64,000 nucleotides of DNA, taken from NCBI GenBank assembly GCA_043228905.1, contig JBHGNT010000012.1, positions 8,122,001 through 8,186,000 on the forward strand. Direction: 5' to 3'. Made by a program: the position numbers and the translations under genes. The stretch is from Azolla caroliniana. Its lineage: Eukaryota; Plantae; Polypodiophyta. The notes under the pieces are model-generated. The model was given only the letters and a program-made list of their open reading frames with translations. It searched no databases and was not told where the DNA came from. Of the stretch, positions 25,892-36,855 are shown piece by piece. Numbering within the stretch: the first letter of the stretch is position 1; each line of letters opens with the position of its first letter.

Positions 25892-27536
25892 AGAGCTGCC
25901 ACTAGAGTGTCATGGTGTTGGTTAACGCAACCACGGGCCAAAGGGGGGCTTGGCCTCATAGGCCCCTTAATGTAGAGTCGTGCATTGCTGGCTAAAATGG
26001 TGGTTTGTTGCCTCCTGCCAGGTAAGGGGTGCTGGAAGGTACTACTTCGCAACAGGTCGCAAGCAGGGACTCCCAAGTATGGTAGGCCTTGGCCCGACTC
26101 CTTGAATTGGTGTTGCACGAGCAGAGTCCCACCCAAGCTGGCTTGCCATCCGGAGGACATGGTCGTGAACTCCATCTTGCGGGCATGGTGCCATCTACGA
26201 CAGCATTTGGTCAAGCACAACCCGGAGACATTGACCGCATGGACTAGACAGCCACTATTCTGGAATCCTCACGTGCGAACAAGTGATGACACGATGCTAG
26301 GGCAACTTAAGGGCCTAGCATGGGGAAAGCTGGCACAAACAGGCCTCCTATCTATAGACGATTGGAGACACATGGTTGTTTCAGGAAGAGCCCAAGAGGA
26401 CCTTTTCCCTCCCCTCAAGGGAGCTACGAAAATGCGAAGACTGATAGTTGAGGCAGTTGACAGGGTTCCGATGGGGGAGGCGAGAGAACATGCATGGTTC
26501 GGTCTCTTTGACAAGGCTGGAATGGTCAAGTCGCTAAAGGGTGTGAGCGGATCGGGGAGAGATACAGTTTTTGGGGACAATCAGAGCAGGGGCTCTTAGC
26601 ACCCAATCCGAGTGGTGGCATAGGTTGATAACATCTGGAAGACAGACCTGGATGTTGCTAAGGTGGAACCCCATTGGAGGTTAAGGGTATACGACTGTCG
26701 CCCCCTTGTCGATCTGGATTGGGACCCAGGGGACTTCAGATGGAAACATGACGATAGACTCCACCACTTCTTCGATTACACCACTAAATTGGGTCGGACT
26801 TTGCAGCTGCAGCTAGGCGCCCCCCTTCGCAATGGCTGGCGAACATTGGCCATCCTCGATGAGGCACTCATTACCTTTTGGAAGGGTCTCTGGCGTCTCC
26901 ACATGCCTGAAAAGATCAAGCTCTTTTGGTGGCAGATTGGTCATAATGTGGTGCCTGTTGGCAAATGGCTAGATAACGTGGCGGCCCGTTAGGTTGCCCA
27001 TTGTGCTCTCGACCTATTGAGACTCTGAGACATTGTCTGTGGGATTGCCCTCAAACTCAAAAGGTATGGGATAGAGTGACTCGCCTCCTTGCGGCATGTG
27101 AAGTTGAAGGAACAGCCTCATGGAGCGTTGTGGCATGGATTGATCACTCGGTCGAAGGGTGGACGAACGTCGTCAATGCGGATAGTTGGTGCTGTGTATG
27201 CACGAGAGGCAAAATCGTCAAGATCCATTTTGAAAGAGGCTTGCAACCCGCATCCCCTAGGTTTCCGGAAATCTGGATGTTGATCGCATGTTTCACCTTG
27301 TGGTATATATGGAAAGCGCGTTGCCTCAAGGTTTTCCCAGGTACAATACGGCCCCCGGAGGAAGTGATCATGGACATATGGTTCGTGCTTATCAGCTACA
27401 TACGAGGGCAATTGGAAGAGGTTTGCCGCCACTCCAACGACGTGGTCACTGCCCGTTTGCGCTTTTGGCAAAAATGGCGGAACACACCTATGGTGAAGCA
27501 AGGCGGCAGTGGCCCGAGGTGGAACTACCAGCCCCC
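25892..27536 (+). mobile_element. Truncated, mutated copy of the LINE at 36662-42031 (post-RT and zf-RVT region); 3' end replaced by telomeric repeats
   Basis: Colinear with ORF2 from ..ARVSWCWLTQPRAKGGLG.. to ..PRWNYQPP; in-frame stops at ~25972, 26597 and 26621; frameshift near 26975; no 3' UTR or poly(A). Confidence 0.93.
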
Positions 27537-27556
27537 TAAACCCTAAACCCTAAACC
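27534..27556. repeat. Interstitial plant telomeric repeat (CCCTAAA)3CC
   Basis: GCC CCCTAAA CCCTAAA CCCTAAA CC directly at the LINE truncation point. Confidence 0.85.
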
Positions 27557-28839
27557 GATTCTTTGAAGCTATAAAAGGAGGAATAGAGCTCATTGACATG
27601 GATGGACATATTGAGATTGAAGGCCTAAGGTTTGTTGTTGGTCGGGTTACCAAATATCGAGAAGGATGAGAGGCTTGAGACAACAAAACTGACATTAGTT
27701 AGCACCTACATATTGCCTTGGTTCGCCATTTCCCAATGACCCATCCATGTTGGATTCACCAAATTTGTGTCAAGATGTTTCACTCTCCTTAAAAGATCGT
27801 GGCATGTGTGGGTGGAACCACACGCTATTTGAAACCAAGAGATTCTAGAATTGAGGAAAGATAGATTGAATACAAATTTGAAACTAAGCAATTGTACTAA
27901 AAGAAAGCTAATTAAGTTTTAGATTTTTTTATTCCAAGAAACATCATAAGATAACCCAATATGAGAGTAGTATTTAAATGGATTTTAGGGTAACCCAAAT
28001 TGAAAGTTGATATATGCATGTGCTTTTTATCTATAAGTTATCCTAATTATAAATACGTTAATTTTTTGCAATGTTTAGAACTTCATAATGTGCAAATGTG
28101 AACATGTGTTAGCCAAGTAATCTTTTTTAGCAATACCTGTTACGAGCATGACCATATAATATCCCGTGGTAAGAATTTACCGTAGTAATCTATACACGTG
28201 GATAAGTGTGAGGGTTAAATGAGAGTGTAAAGAAGGGGAGGATTACTTTTATCCTCGGGATTGAGACAACCCATTAGGTCAAGTGTGAACTTGCCTGGGG
28301 GCCTTGGGTATCGCTATAAATAAGAGGCCTAGCTACCCTCATTTGATCATCTTTTGACTACATCGAGACTCTGCTCGTGTGGTGGGTCAACTCTTGTAGC
28401 GAGCGCGCCAGCACCAAGTACGACTCGACGCCACGGCGGTGGTATGGGACGCCGATCGAGGCTCGAGTCCGTCTCGATCCCTTCGCTCGGGGGTGGTCGG
28501 GTGGATCGGCACCCTTCTTTCTCTTTCTCCTTTCTATCTTTCAATTCTTTATCCTTATCTTAAGCTTACATTAGTGCTATGATCTATAATATTTGGTATC
28601 AGATTTTTGTACTAATGTTTCTTTGTTTTTCATTTGTCTTTTGATTGATGCTGATCGATCGTTGTGCGGTTGGCCTTGATCCAGACAACGATCAACAAAG
28701 AACTTCGGTAACTCTTTCCATAATTTTCTTTCTATTCTCTCTTCTCCCATCTAATCATGTGTTTAGTTTATATGTAATTTTTTTCATTAAGTCAATGATG
28801 TTGTAGTGGTCTTTAATTGATTATCTAAAACGTTTACAT

Positions 28840-29100
28840 ATGTGCACGAGGTCAATACCTCGTTTGACATGTTAATAATATGTGATGAGTGTCGTATGCG
28901 TACGAGGTTAATACCTCAATTACGTATTACGTTCACGAACATATGTTACGTTTGCGTATGAGTTTAATACCTTGATTTGTTGTAAACGATATGCGTTTGG
29001 TCTCGTATGCGTAAGAGGTCAATACCTCCATTGCGTATTACGATGATCTCTTATTTGTGGATGTTTCGTGTGCGTAGAGGTATATACCTCGATTACGTAT
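28840..29100 (+). repeat. Array of five palindromic GAGGT-N4-ACCTC motifs with variable spacers in the chromovirus 5' leader
   Basis: Motif starts at 28848, 28904, 28960 (degenerate), 29015 and 29077; spacing 56, 56, 55 and 62 bp. Confidence 0.85.
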
Positions 29101-30277
29101 CTCGATCACATCATTTGTGGCTATTTTCTATAACGATATGTTGAATATAGGCATATGTGGTCACATATATACGTATTTGATCGTATATATGTGATAAGTA
29201 AACATATGTGTATATTCGTTATTACGTGATTATATCGAAAGTTGTCATGATCGGGAAAAGGATGTTGGTGGCCGTCCTCACATTTTTGTGAGAATGGCGT
29301 TGTCACCATCCCATTTTCAACAATTTTTTATTGTTGACAACCCCGTTGATGACCTCGATTTCGTTACGTAAAGAAACGCAATAGCCATAATGATGTTGAG
29401 TACGTAGGGCTTGACCCACTTCAAGTGAGGTCGCTCCAATGACGCACGTATCCAACATCCCTCCCTCGTTACATGGATACGATGCCACCATGAGCTCGTT
29501 CTTACGAGAGGCATTCGTAATGACGTGACCATGTGATGGCCCACATGAGCCTACTACGAAACGAGGGCTCATTTGGCTTGACCATTAGGTTGCACTTTGG
29601 CGTATGCCATCGTAATTATGAGACTTGAGGTTAGGTAACGTACCAACATAGTTTTGGTAAATGAGGGCGAAATAAGGACCTTGACATATATGTTCTTTTA
29701 AAAAAACATATATGATCAATTGCCTCGCATATCTCTTATACGCATCAAACATTAAACATTCGAGAAGACCAACTTACTTGGTTGGCTCAAGTGTTTAATG
29801 TATTTGTTCTCGAGGTCTCGAGTTCAAATATGACCAAGACCATACAACATCCTTGATACATATGACTATACCACATGTTTAGACTTAAGGTCTAAGTGCA
29901 CCTCGGGGTCCTCGTAATAGGACTTAAAGAGCCGAAACCACTTATGTGGGCACCGAAACATAGTTTATTGTTAACATTTTTTTTCGTGTATAAACTATTC
30001 ATGACGCGAACATACATGGTTGAGCCTCGGGGAGCCACCATGAAAAAATCGATATAGAGATCAGGGAAAGACATTTTTTTGTCACCCCCATGGTTTTTAA
30101 AACACCTTTGTGTTACCATAGTAACCTGATCTTGAACCTCATCTCATACGTCTAGAGGGGTATTGACATGAGATAATGATATCGATTAATGCTCGCCCAT
30201 GATATGTTTACATCACGACATGATGTTATGACTATATCTCTGACCTTATCCTATTTCTTTTCCAGAAATAATCTTTA

Positions 30278-33200
30278 ATGGCTCAAATTAACGACCCGAT
30301 GTCATCAGCTCAAGCGGAAGGAACTCAAGGGAATCCTCCTGGACAAATGTCCACTGAGATGTATTTGGCACAAATAACCCAATTCCTTAGTTTCACCGCT
30401 CAACAGATGACCGAACTTCGGCAATCTCAGAGTGCTCTTGAGGCACGTGTCATTAGTCTACAACGTGAGACTAATAGACCTGATGAGCGACAAGGTGAAC
30501 CATCATTTGTCGTTAAGCCATTTACGGGAGACAAAAAGGAAAGAACCGAAGAAGCAATCTGCACATGGCTGGGACGATGGGAGTCTCATTTTGAGCTCTA
30601 TCCCACGCCAGATAGTACGAAGATTGCATATGTCGGCCGAGAACTCGGGGGTAAGGCCGCCGCCTGGTGGCGTGGCCTCCGTACTATGGGGAAATTGCCC
30701 GATACCTGGACAGATTTTGTCACGGTTTTTAAGGGCCAATTTCTGCAACCTCCCTCTCGAACCGAGGCAGCACAAGCTTTAATGAACCTCTCTAGCAGGA
30801 AATTTTCCTCGCTAGAAGACTATGTTCACCATGCTAGAACCCAAATCCAAAAATCGGGTCTAGAAGGGGACAATTGGTTGATAGCTTGTTTTGTCAATGG
30901 CATCCCCAATTCGGACTATCACTGGATAGTGCACGATAAGGATCCAAAATCCTTCGAAGAGGCCGTTGAAATAGTTCTTCGCTATCAACGCACTTCGAAG
31001 AAGGACCATAACAAACCCAACGAAGCGCCCGGGACTAAGCAGTTGCAATTTGTTGGGAAACGCAAGACACCCAACGAATTCCTGGATCGCGATTGTAAGC
31101 GACAACATCCTTTTTGTGTATTCTGCAAAAAGAAGGGTCATACAAAAGATCAATGTCGAAAGCTCCAACGGAAAGAGCACGACAACAAAGCTAAAGCTGC
31201 AGACCATAAAGGTCAGATTCCTAATGTCCTTCAGGTCTATACACATCATTTAAGTAATTGTCAATGTTCTTTCCCTCACTATGTATTGGGTCCCAATGAT
31301 TTACTACGTGCAAACGGGTATATCAATGGATCTCCCGTACAATTTTTATTTGATTCGGGAAGCTCACACAATTTTGTGAATGATCGTTTGGTTCAGATAT
31401 GGGGAATCCAACCCACCGTAAGTGATCACACCTACACGGTGCACTTGGCTGATGGAAGAGTACAATACATCAACGGGGCGATTCATTCATTAGGAATTTC
31501 TATTGATACTTATATAGAGGAAGTAGACTTCCATGTAATGAATCTTTGTACCACCGATGTAATAATGGGTTATCCCTGGTTTTATAATAAAAACTCTTCT
31601 TTATTTATTGATTGGGTTCGTCATTCCATTTCTTTTGTACTGAACGATTGTACGCATTTTATTCAATGTGTAAAAAAACAATCCCTCTCGATTGTTTCCT
31701 CGTGTCCATCAATATCTGAGTTGTCTTGTTCTACGTTATTTTATTGTGTACTTGATCCGGACATTCACGTTTACAATATCGATAATGTCCCGATTCAATT
31801 AACATATTTTGAACAACAACAACTTGATGAAATCATAAATGATTTTCATGATGTTTTTCCAAGTGAACTACCTGATGGGTTACCTCCTAAACGTAATATA
31901 GACCATCGTATAGATATTGTACCTGGTGTTGCACCAATAAGTATACCTCCGTATCGCTTAAGTCAATCCGAAGAAGATGAGGTATCTAAGCAACTCAAGG
32001 ACTATTTACGAATGGGTTATATACGTTATAGTAAATCTCCATGGGGTGCACCAGTTCTCTTGGTTAAAAAGAAAGAGGGCACATGGCGTATGTGTATTAA
32101 TTACCGACGCTTGAATAAAGTGACGATCAAGAATTCATATCCATTGCCCCGGGCTGACGATCTAATTGACCGTCTCCAGGGAGCTCGGTATTTTACGAAA
32201 CTTGATCTCCGTACTGGCTACCATCAAATACGAATAAGTGAGGACGATGTTCCTAAAACGGCATTTCGTACGCGCTATGGCCATTACGAGTTTTTGGTTA
32301 TGCCTTTTGGTTTGACCAATGCTCCGGCTACTTTTCAACAAGAAATGAATGACATTTTCCGAGAACAACTTGGAAAATTTGTCGTTATTTTCTTGGATGA
32401 TATTTTAGTTTATAGCCGTACATTACAAGAACATGCTAGACATGTCCGCTTTGTTTTACAAACATTGCGTGACAAACAGTTTTATGCGAAGATCTCAAAA
32501 TGTGAGTTCTTCAAGAAATCAATTACTTATCTAGGACATCTCATAACCGAACGAGGAGTTGAAATTGATCCTTCTCGCATTGAGAAAATCAAGCTTTGGC
32601 CCACTCTTCGGAATATTCGAGAAGTTCGATCATTCCTTGGTTTTGTGGGGTTTTTGCGAAAGTCTCTTCGTAATTACTCCCAATTGACGACGCCGTTTAC
32701 TGATCTTTTAAAAGGTCAAACGCGTAAGTCTACAAAACCTATTGTGTGGAATGCTACACTAGACCTTGCCTTTAAGGAACTCAAGGACCTGGTTTGCAAG
32801 GCTCCTTCACTTCTTTTACCCGATCCTTCAAAACCTTTTGAGGTTGAAACCGATGCAAGCGATTATGCTATAGGTGCTGTCTTGTATCAAGATGGTAAAC
32901 CAATAGCATTCGAGAGTAAGAAACTTGATTCTGCTCAATGTCGGTATACCGTTCAAGAAAAGGAATTATTTGCAGTTATACATGCGCTCAAAACATGGCG
33001 CCATTATCTTTATGGAAATCACTTTGTGGTAACTACGGACCACGAGTCATTGAAATATTTTTGTGACCAACAAGACCTGAAAGGTCGTAAGGCACGATGG
33101 GCTGATCTCATCCAGGACTTTGATTTTTCCATACGATATCGTAAAGGTTCCATGAACATTGTCGCTGATGCACTAAGTCGCATCCGTGAAGTTAACACGC

Positions 33201-34711
33201 TTAGCTTCACTGAAATATCATCAGATCTTTATGATCACCTTCGAGGAAAGTATCCTGATGACAGTTATTTTGCAAAATACTGGGCAAGAGTTGAGTCTGG
33301 AACAGACACCACCACATCCTCGAAGGAATACTTCCACATTGCTAACGGTTTGCTCTACCGTAATGGGAAGGTTTGTGTTCCAGATTTACCCGAGGTCAAA
33401 AAGAGGATTCTTTTTGAATGCCATGATGCACCCTCAGCAGGGCACCCTGGAATACATCGTACACTCGTTCTCATCTCCACTCAATTTTATTGGCCTAAGA
33501 TGCGTCCTGACATACATAGCTATGTGACTAAATGTCACCAGTGTCAGGTTAACAAAGCCGAGCGACTTAAAGCCGCAGGACTTTTACATCCCTTGGACAT
33601 TCCCAATAATAAGTGGGAAAGTATATCCATGGATTTTATTGTTAGCCTTCCTCGCACCCAAAAAGGTCATGATGCCATCTGGGTTGTCGTTGATCGACTA
33701 ACTAAAATGGCCAGATTTATTGCTACTAAAACCACGGTAACAGCTCCTGAATTGGCTTACCAATTCGTTGACGAATTGTTTCGTTTTTATGGGTCACCGA
33801 TGGATATCGTGAGTGATCGAGATCCAAAGTTTACTAGTGACTTCTGGACACAAGTCTTTAAGAAGTTAGAAACTACGTTGAGCATGAGCTCCACGGATCA
33901 TCCTCAATCCGATGGACAGACAGAACGAGTAAATCAAATTATTGAGGACATGCTTCGAGCATACGTTGGTGCAAAACCAACAAAATGGGAACGTTATCTC
34001 CCAATTTTGGAGTTTGCTTATAACAGCTCCAAGCATACGTCGACGGGATATAGTCCTTTTATGTTGATGTATGGTTTTCAGCCACGAGCCCCGATTGATG
34101 TTACTATACATCATGATGAGTTGCGAAGTACGCAAAACTTCCTTCGGGATATGCAAGATATGTTGCATATTGCACGAGATAATATAAAAACAGCTCAAGA
34201 TAGAGCGCGTTTTTATGCCGATCATCATAGGCAACCTCGTGTATTCAACCCTGGACAGAAGGTATTTTTACGTGTACCTCACAATTCCAAGACATTGTCT
34301 ACGGGTAAGTGCGCTAAGTTAGCCCCACGATTTTGTGGACCTTTTACAGTCCTCAAACGCATTGGGTCATCAGCCTATCGTCTCGCTCTTCCCGATGGTG
34401 TCGGAATTCATCCAGTCTTTCATGTGAGTCGTCTAAAAGAACTTCTAGGTTCTGGCGACAATACAGTTACGACTGAAACTCTGGTTACTTCTGAAGAATT
34501 ATCTACTAAACCACATCTACCAGAAAGAATTCTCGATGTTAAAACAAAAAAATTACGTACTAAAGAAATCCGAGAATTTAAAATAAAATGGCTGGATAAA
34601 TCAATAAAAGATGCCACATGGGAACGCGAAACTACTCTTAGAACTAACTTCCCTAACTTTCCATTGCAAGAGTGCAATGTTTTAAAGAGGGGGAGTATGT
34701 TACGAGCATGA
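30278..34711 (+). CDS. Gypsy Gag-Pol (1477 aa) with C-terminal chromodomain
   Basis: Gag, [14 protein letters not shown] knuckle, protease FDSGSS, RT ([14 protein letters not shown]), RNase H (TDASD, KEL, TDH), integrase (HHCC, SMDF, SDRD, GQTER, GPF), chromodomain [18 protein letters not shown]. The ORF runs through the PPT into the 3' LTR. Confidence 0.96.
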   Translation: MAQINDPMSSAQAEGTQGNPPGQMSTEMYLAQITQFLSFTAQQMTELRQSQSALEARVISLQRETNRPDERQGEPSFVVKPFTGDKKERTEEAICTWLGRWESHFELYPTPDSTKIAYVGRELGGKAAAWWRGLRTMGKLPDTWTDFVTVFKGQFLQPPSRTEAAQALMNLSSRKFSSLEDYVHHARTQIQKSGLEGDNWLIACFVNGIPNSDYHWIVHDKDPKSFEEAVEIVLRYQRTSKKDHNKPNEAPGTKQLQFVGKRKTPNEFLDRDCKRQHPFCVFCKKKGHTKDQCRKLQRKEHDNKAKAADHKGQIPNVLQVYTHHLSNCQCSFPHYVLGPNDLLRANGYINGSPVQFLFDSGSSHNFVNDRLVQIWGIQPTVSDHTYTVHLADGRVQYINGAIHSLGISIDTYIEEVDFHVMNLCTTDVIMGYPWFYNKNSSLFIDWVRHSISFVLNDCTHFIQCVKKQSLSIVSSCPSISELSCSTLFYCVLDPDIHVYNIDNVPIQLTYFEQQQLDEIINDFHDVFPSELPDGLPPKRNIDHRIDIVPGVAPISIPPYRLSQSEEDEVSKQLKDYLRMGYIRYSKSPWGAPVLLVKKKEGTWRMCINYRRLNKVTIKNSYPLPRADDLIDRLQGARYFTKLDLRTGYHQIRISEDDVPKTAFRTRYGHYEFLVMPFGLTNAPATFQQEMNDIFREQLGKFVVIFLDDILVYSRTLQEHARHVRFVLQTLRDKQFYAKISKCEFFKKSITYLGHLITERGVEIDPSRIEKIKLWPTLRNIREVRSFLGFVGFLRKSLRNYSQLTTPFTDLLKGQTRKSTKPIVWNATLDLAFKELKDLVCKAPSLLLPDPSKPFEVETDASDYAIGAVLYQDGKPIAFESKKLDSAQCRYTVQEKELFAVIHALKTWRHYLYGNHFVVTTDHESLKYFCDQQDLKGRKARWADLIQDFDFSIRYRKGSMNIVADALSRIREVNTLSFTEISSDLYDHLRGKYPDDSYFAKYWARVESGTDTTTSSKEYFHIANGLLYRNGKVCVPDLPEVKKRILFECHDAPSAGHPGIHRTLVLISTQFYWPKMRPDIHSYVTKCHQCQVNKAERLKAAGLLHPLDIPNNKWESISMDFIVSLPRTQKGHDAIWVVVDRLTKMARFIATKTTVTAPELAYQFVDELFRFYGSPMDIVSDRDPKFTSDFWTQVFKKLETTLSMSSTDHPQSDGQTERVNQIIEDMLRAYVGAKPTKWERYLPILEFAYNSSKHTSTGYSPFMLMYGFQPRAPIDVTIHHDELRSTQNFLRDMQDMLHIARDNIKTAQDRARFYADHHRQPRVFNPGQKVFLRVPHNSKTLSTGKCAKLAPRFCGPFTVLKRIGSSAYRLALPDGVGIHPVFHVSRLKELLGSGDNTVTTETLVTSEELSTKPHLPERILDVKTKKLRTKEIREFKIKWLDKSIKDATWERETTLRTNFPNFPLQECNVLKRGSMLRA

Positions 34712-35158
34712 CCATATAATATCCCGTGGTAAGAATTTACCGTAGTAATCTATACACGTGGATAAGTGTGAGGGTTAAATGAGAGTGTAAAGAAGGGGAG
34801 GATTACTTTTATCCTCGGGATTGAGACAACCCATTAGGTCAAGTGTGAACTTGCCTGGGGGCCTTGGGTATCGCTATAAATAAGAGGCCTAGCTACCCTC
34901 ATTTGATCATCTTTTGACTACATCGAGACTCTGCTCGTGTGGTGGGTCAACTCTTGTAGCGAGCGCGCCAGCACCAGGTACGACTCGACGCCACGGCGGT
35001 GGTATGGGACGCCGATCGAGGCTCGAGTCCGTCTCGATCCCTTCGCTCGGGGGTGGTCGGGTGGATCGGCACCCTTCTTTCTCTTTCTCCTTTCTATCTT
35101 TCAATTCTTTATCCTTATCTTAAGCTTACATTAGTGCTATGATCTATAATAATACCCA

Positions 35159-35180
35159 TGTGTGTGTGTGTGTGTGTGTG
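35159..35180. repeat. (TG)n microsatellite
   Basis: Direct reading, immediately after the Gypsy TSD. Confidence 0.9.
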
Positions 35181-36855
35181 TTCGTAAACCACACCATTTC
35201 AGTATTGGTGGCACCAGGTGTCAACGGCAACACAACATTGGCCTCCAGTAAGCCACACATCCTCTGGAATATGCCTTGGAATCAGGCATCCTCTTCTATT
35301 GCAATACATTGTTCATAATCATAGCCTCCTTGATCGTCATCATGACTTTCAAGAGTTGGAATAGGTAACTTCATTGTTCACTTCTTAAAGATCTTTGCGT
35401 GGTGTCTCACAATCAAAACTCAAAGAAGTGTACCGTCTAGTTTGTTGTATTGATATGTCCCATTTTCATAAGCATACGGTAGTTAGTCCCTTTTTTTATA
35501 GTGAAACTCCTTAAGCTCCCAAACTACCACATGTTCCCATGGGTCACAATTCCTAATGGTTTTGTCCCAAGATTATGCCTTCAATTTTGATTCCTTAAGT
35601 TTATGTCCATTGTATCTTCAGCATTAAGGAATGAAATACAAAACTTTTGAAGGTGGGTTTGACCATTTCCAAAACTTGACGTCCCTAATTTAATCCATAA
35701 TGAGTTTAATCACATCCCAAGTGGATACATTGCCAAATTCCTTGTTTATGTTAACTTGGAAATCTCGACAACAATGAGGGAGAAGTTCTCAATCACAATG
35801 GAAAGATTGAAAACAACGTTTCTAAGAACATCCAAATCGCAAGTTTCCATTTTGGGAATTTATGTATTAGTGTAGAAAGAGCATATCAAACAAAGGATGA
35901 TCATTTGTATCATATATATTGCCTAAATTACAAATCGTTTTAGAAAGATATGGATATTGCAAAAAAAATTACTAATCCCATATAATATCAATCTTTTAAT
36001 TGTTGCTTAGTAGAATTTTGACATATAATGTTAATCTTTTAGTTGTTGCTTAGAAGCAAATAGTTCATCTGAAATATCATCTAAATGTACATATAATCAA
36101 TGTAAGTGTTGTTGTGTTGTAACCAAGTACACCCCTTCGATATTTCTTGTATTTGACTCATAAAGGTTGAAAAATGAATAATGCAATGTTAATGTTTACA
36201 ATGAATAGGCAAAAAGATATATTTTGAGGCTTTATTCACTAATACATCAAGACCAATTCTTTGATATATTTGTGACTTACCTTACCTTACATGGGTTAGT
36301 AACACCTAAACAACCTATTTGTGTTATTGGACTTTCTTTGTGTCCGCTAATGAAATTTTTTAGCCCACAAATTTAGTTTCTCAATACTCATCCCCCAACT
36401 ATGTGACCAAGACATAGCCAATCTAATCTCCTAGATTACACTATATCAATAACAGTTTCTATTTGTGCTACAAGTTTTTGCAGAAATTTAAATGTTTCGC
36501 ATTTTGGCGACTTTTTTTGTTTGATATTTTTTGCCTCTTAGAATTTACTATGATTGAGATCTTATGAAAATCCATAACAAAACAAAGGTAAAACAAAACA
36601 TTACATGATTGCTCTAAGGATAAGTAAGAGACAAAGGGGATGTTGAATTAATCACAAATCATTTTTTTTTTTTTTTTTTTTCAAAGTAAAGCTACTTTCC
36701 CATTAGTTAGGAAGGATTATTACATAGAGTCTATAAGGAAATTTATACACACATCGGGGAGACTTCCTCCGATCAAGCCAAAGAAGATGAGCCACTTACA
36801 TTGCCTTGCGGCCTAACTTAATGTAAGAAGCTACCTATATCCAAGGCAATGCCCT

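Larger units (their letters stand above)
28138..35151 (+). mobile_element. Intact Ty3/Gypsy chromovirus LTR retrotransposon, 7014 bp
   Basis: 454-bp LTRs at 28138-28591 and 34698-35151, with one mismatch seen (28417 A vs 34977 G); TSD ATACC at 28133-28137 and 35152-35156; PBS TGGTATCAGA at 28594-28603; PPT AAAGAGGGGGAG before 34698; TATAAAT in the LTR. Confidence 0.97.

Noticed and set aside
28840-29100. CRISPR array interpretation of the palindrome-spacer array
   Set aside because: Plant retrotransposon context, no cas genes, a degenerate 14-bp core and partly related spacers; reported as a hairpin array instead.
35190-36640. Possible degraded Gypsy integrase or other coding remnant
   Set aside because: Only weak, stop-ridden similarity; not supportable without a search.
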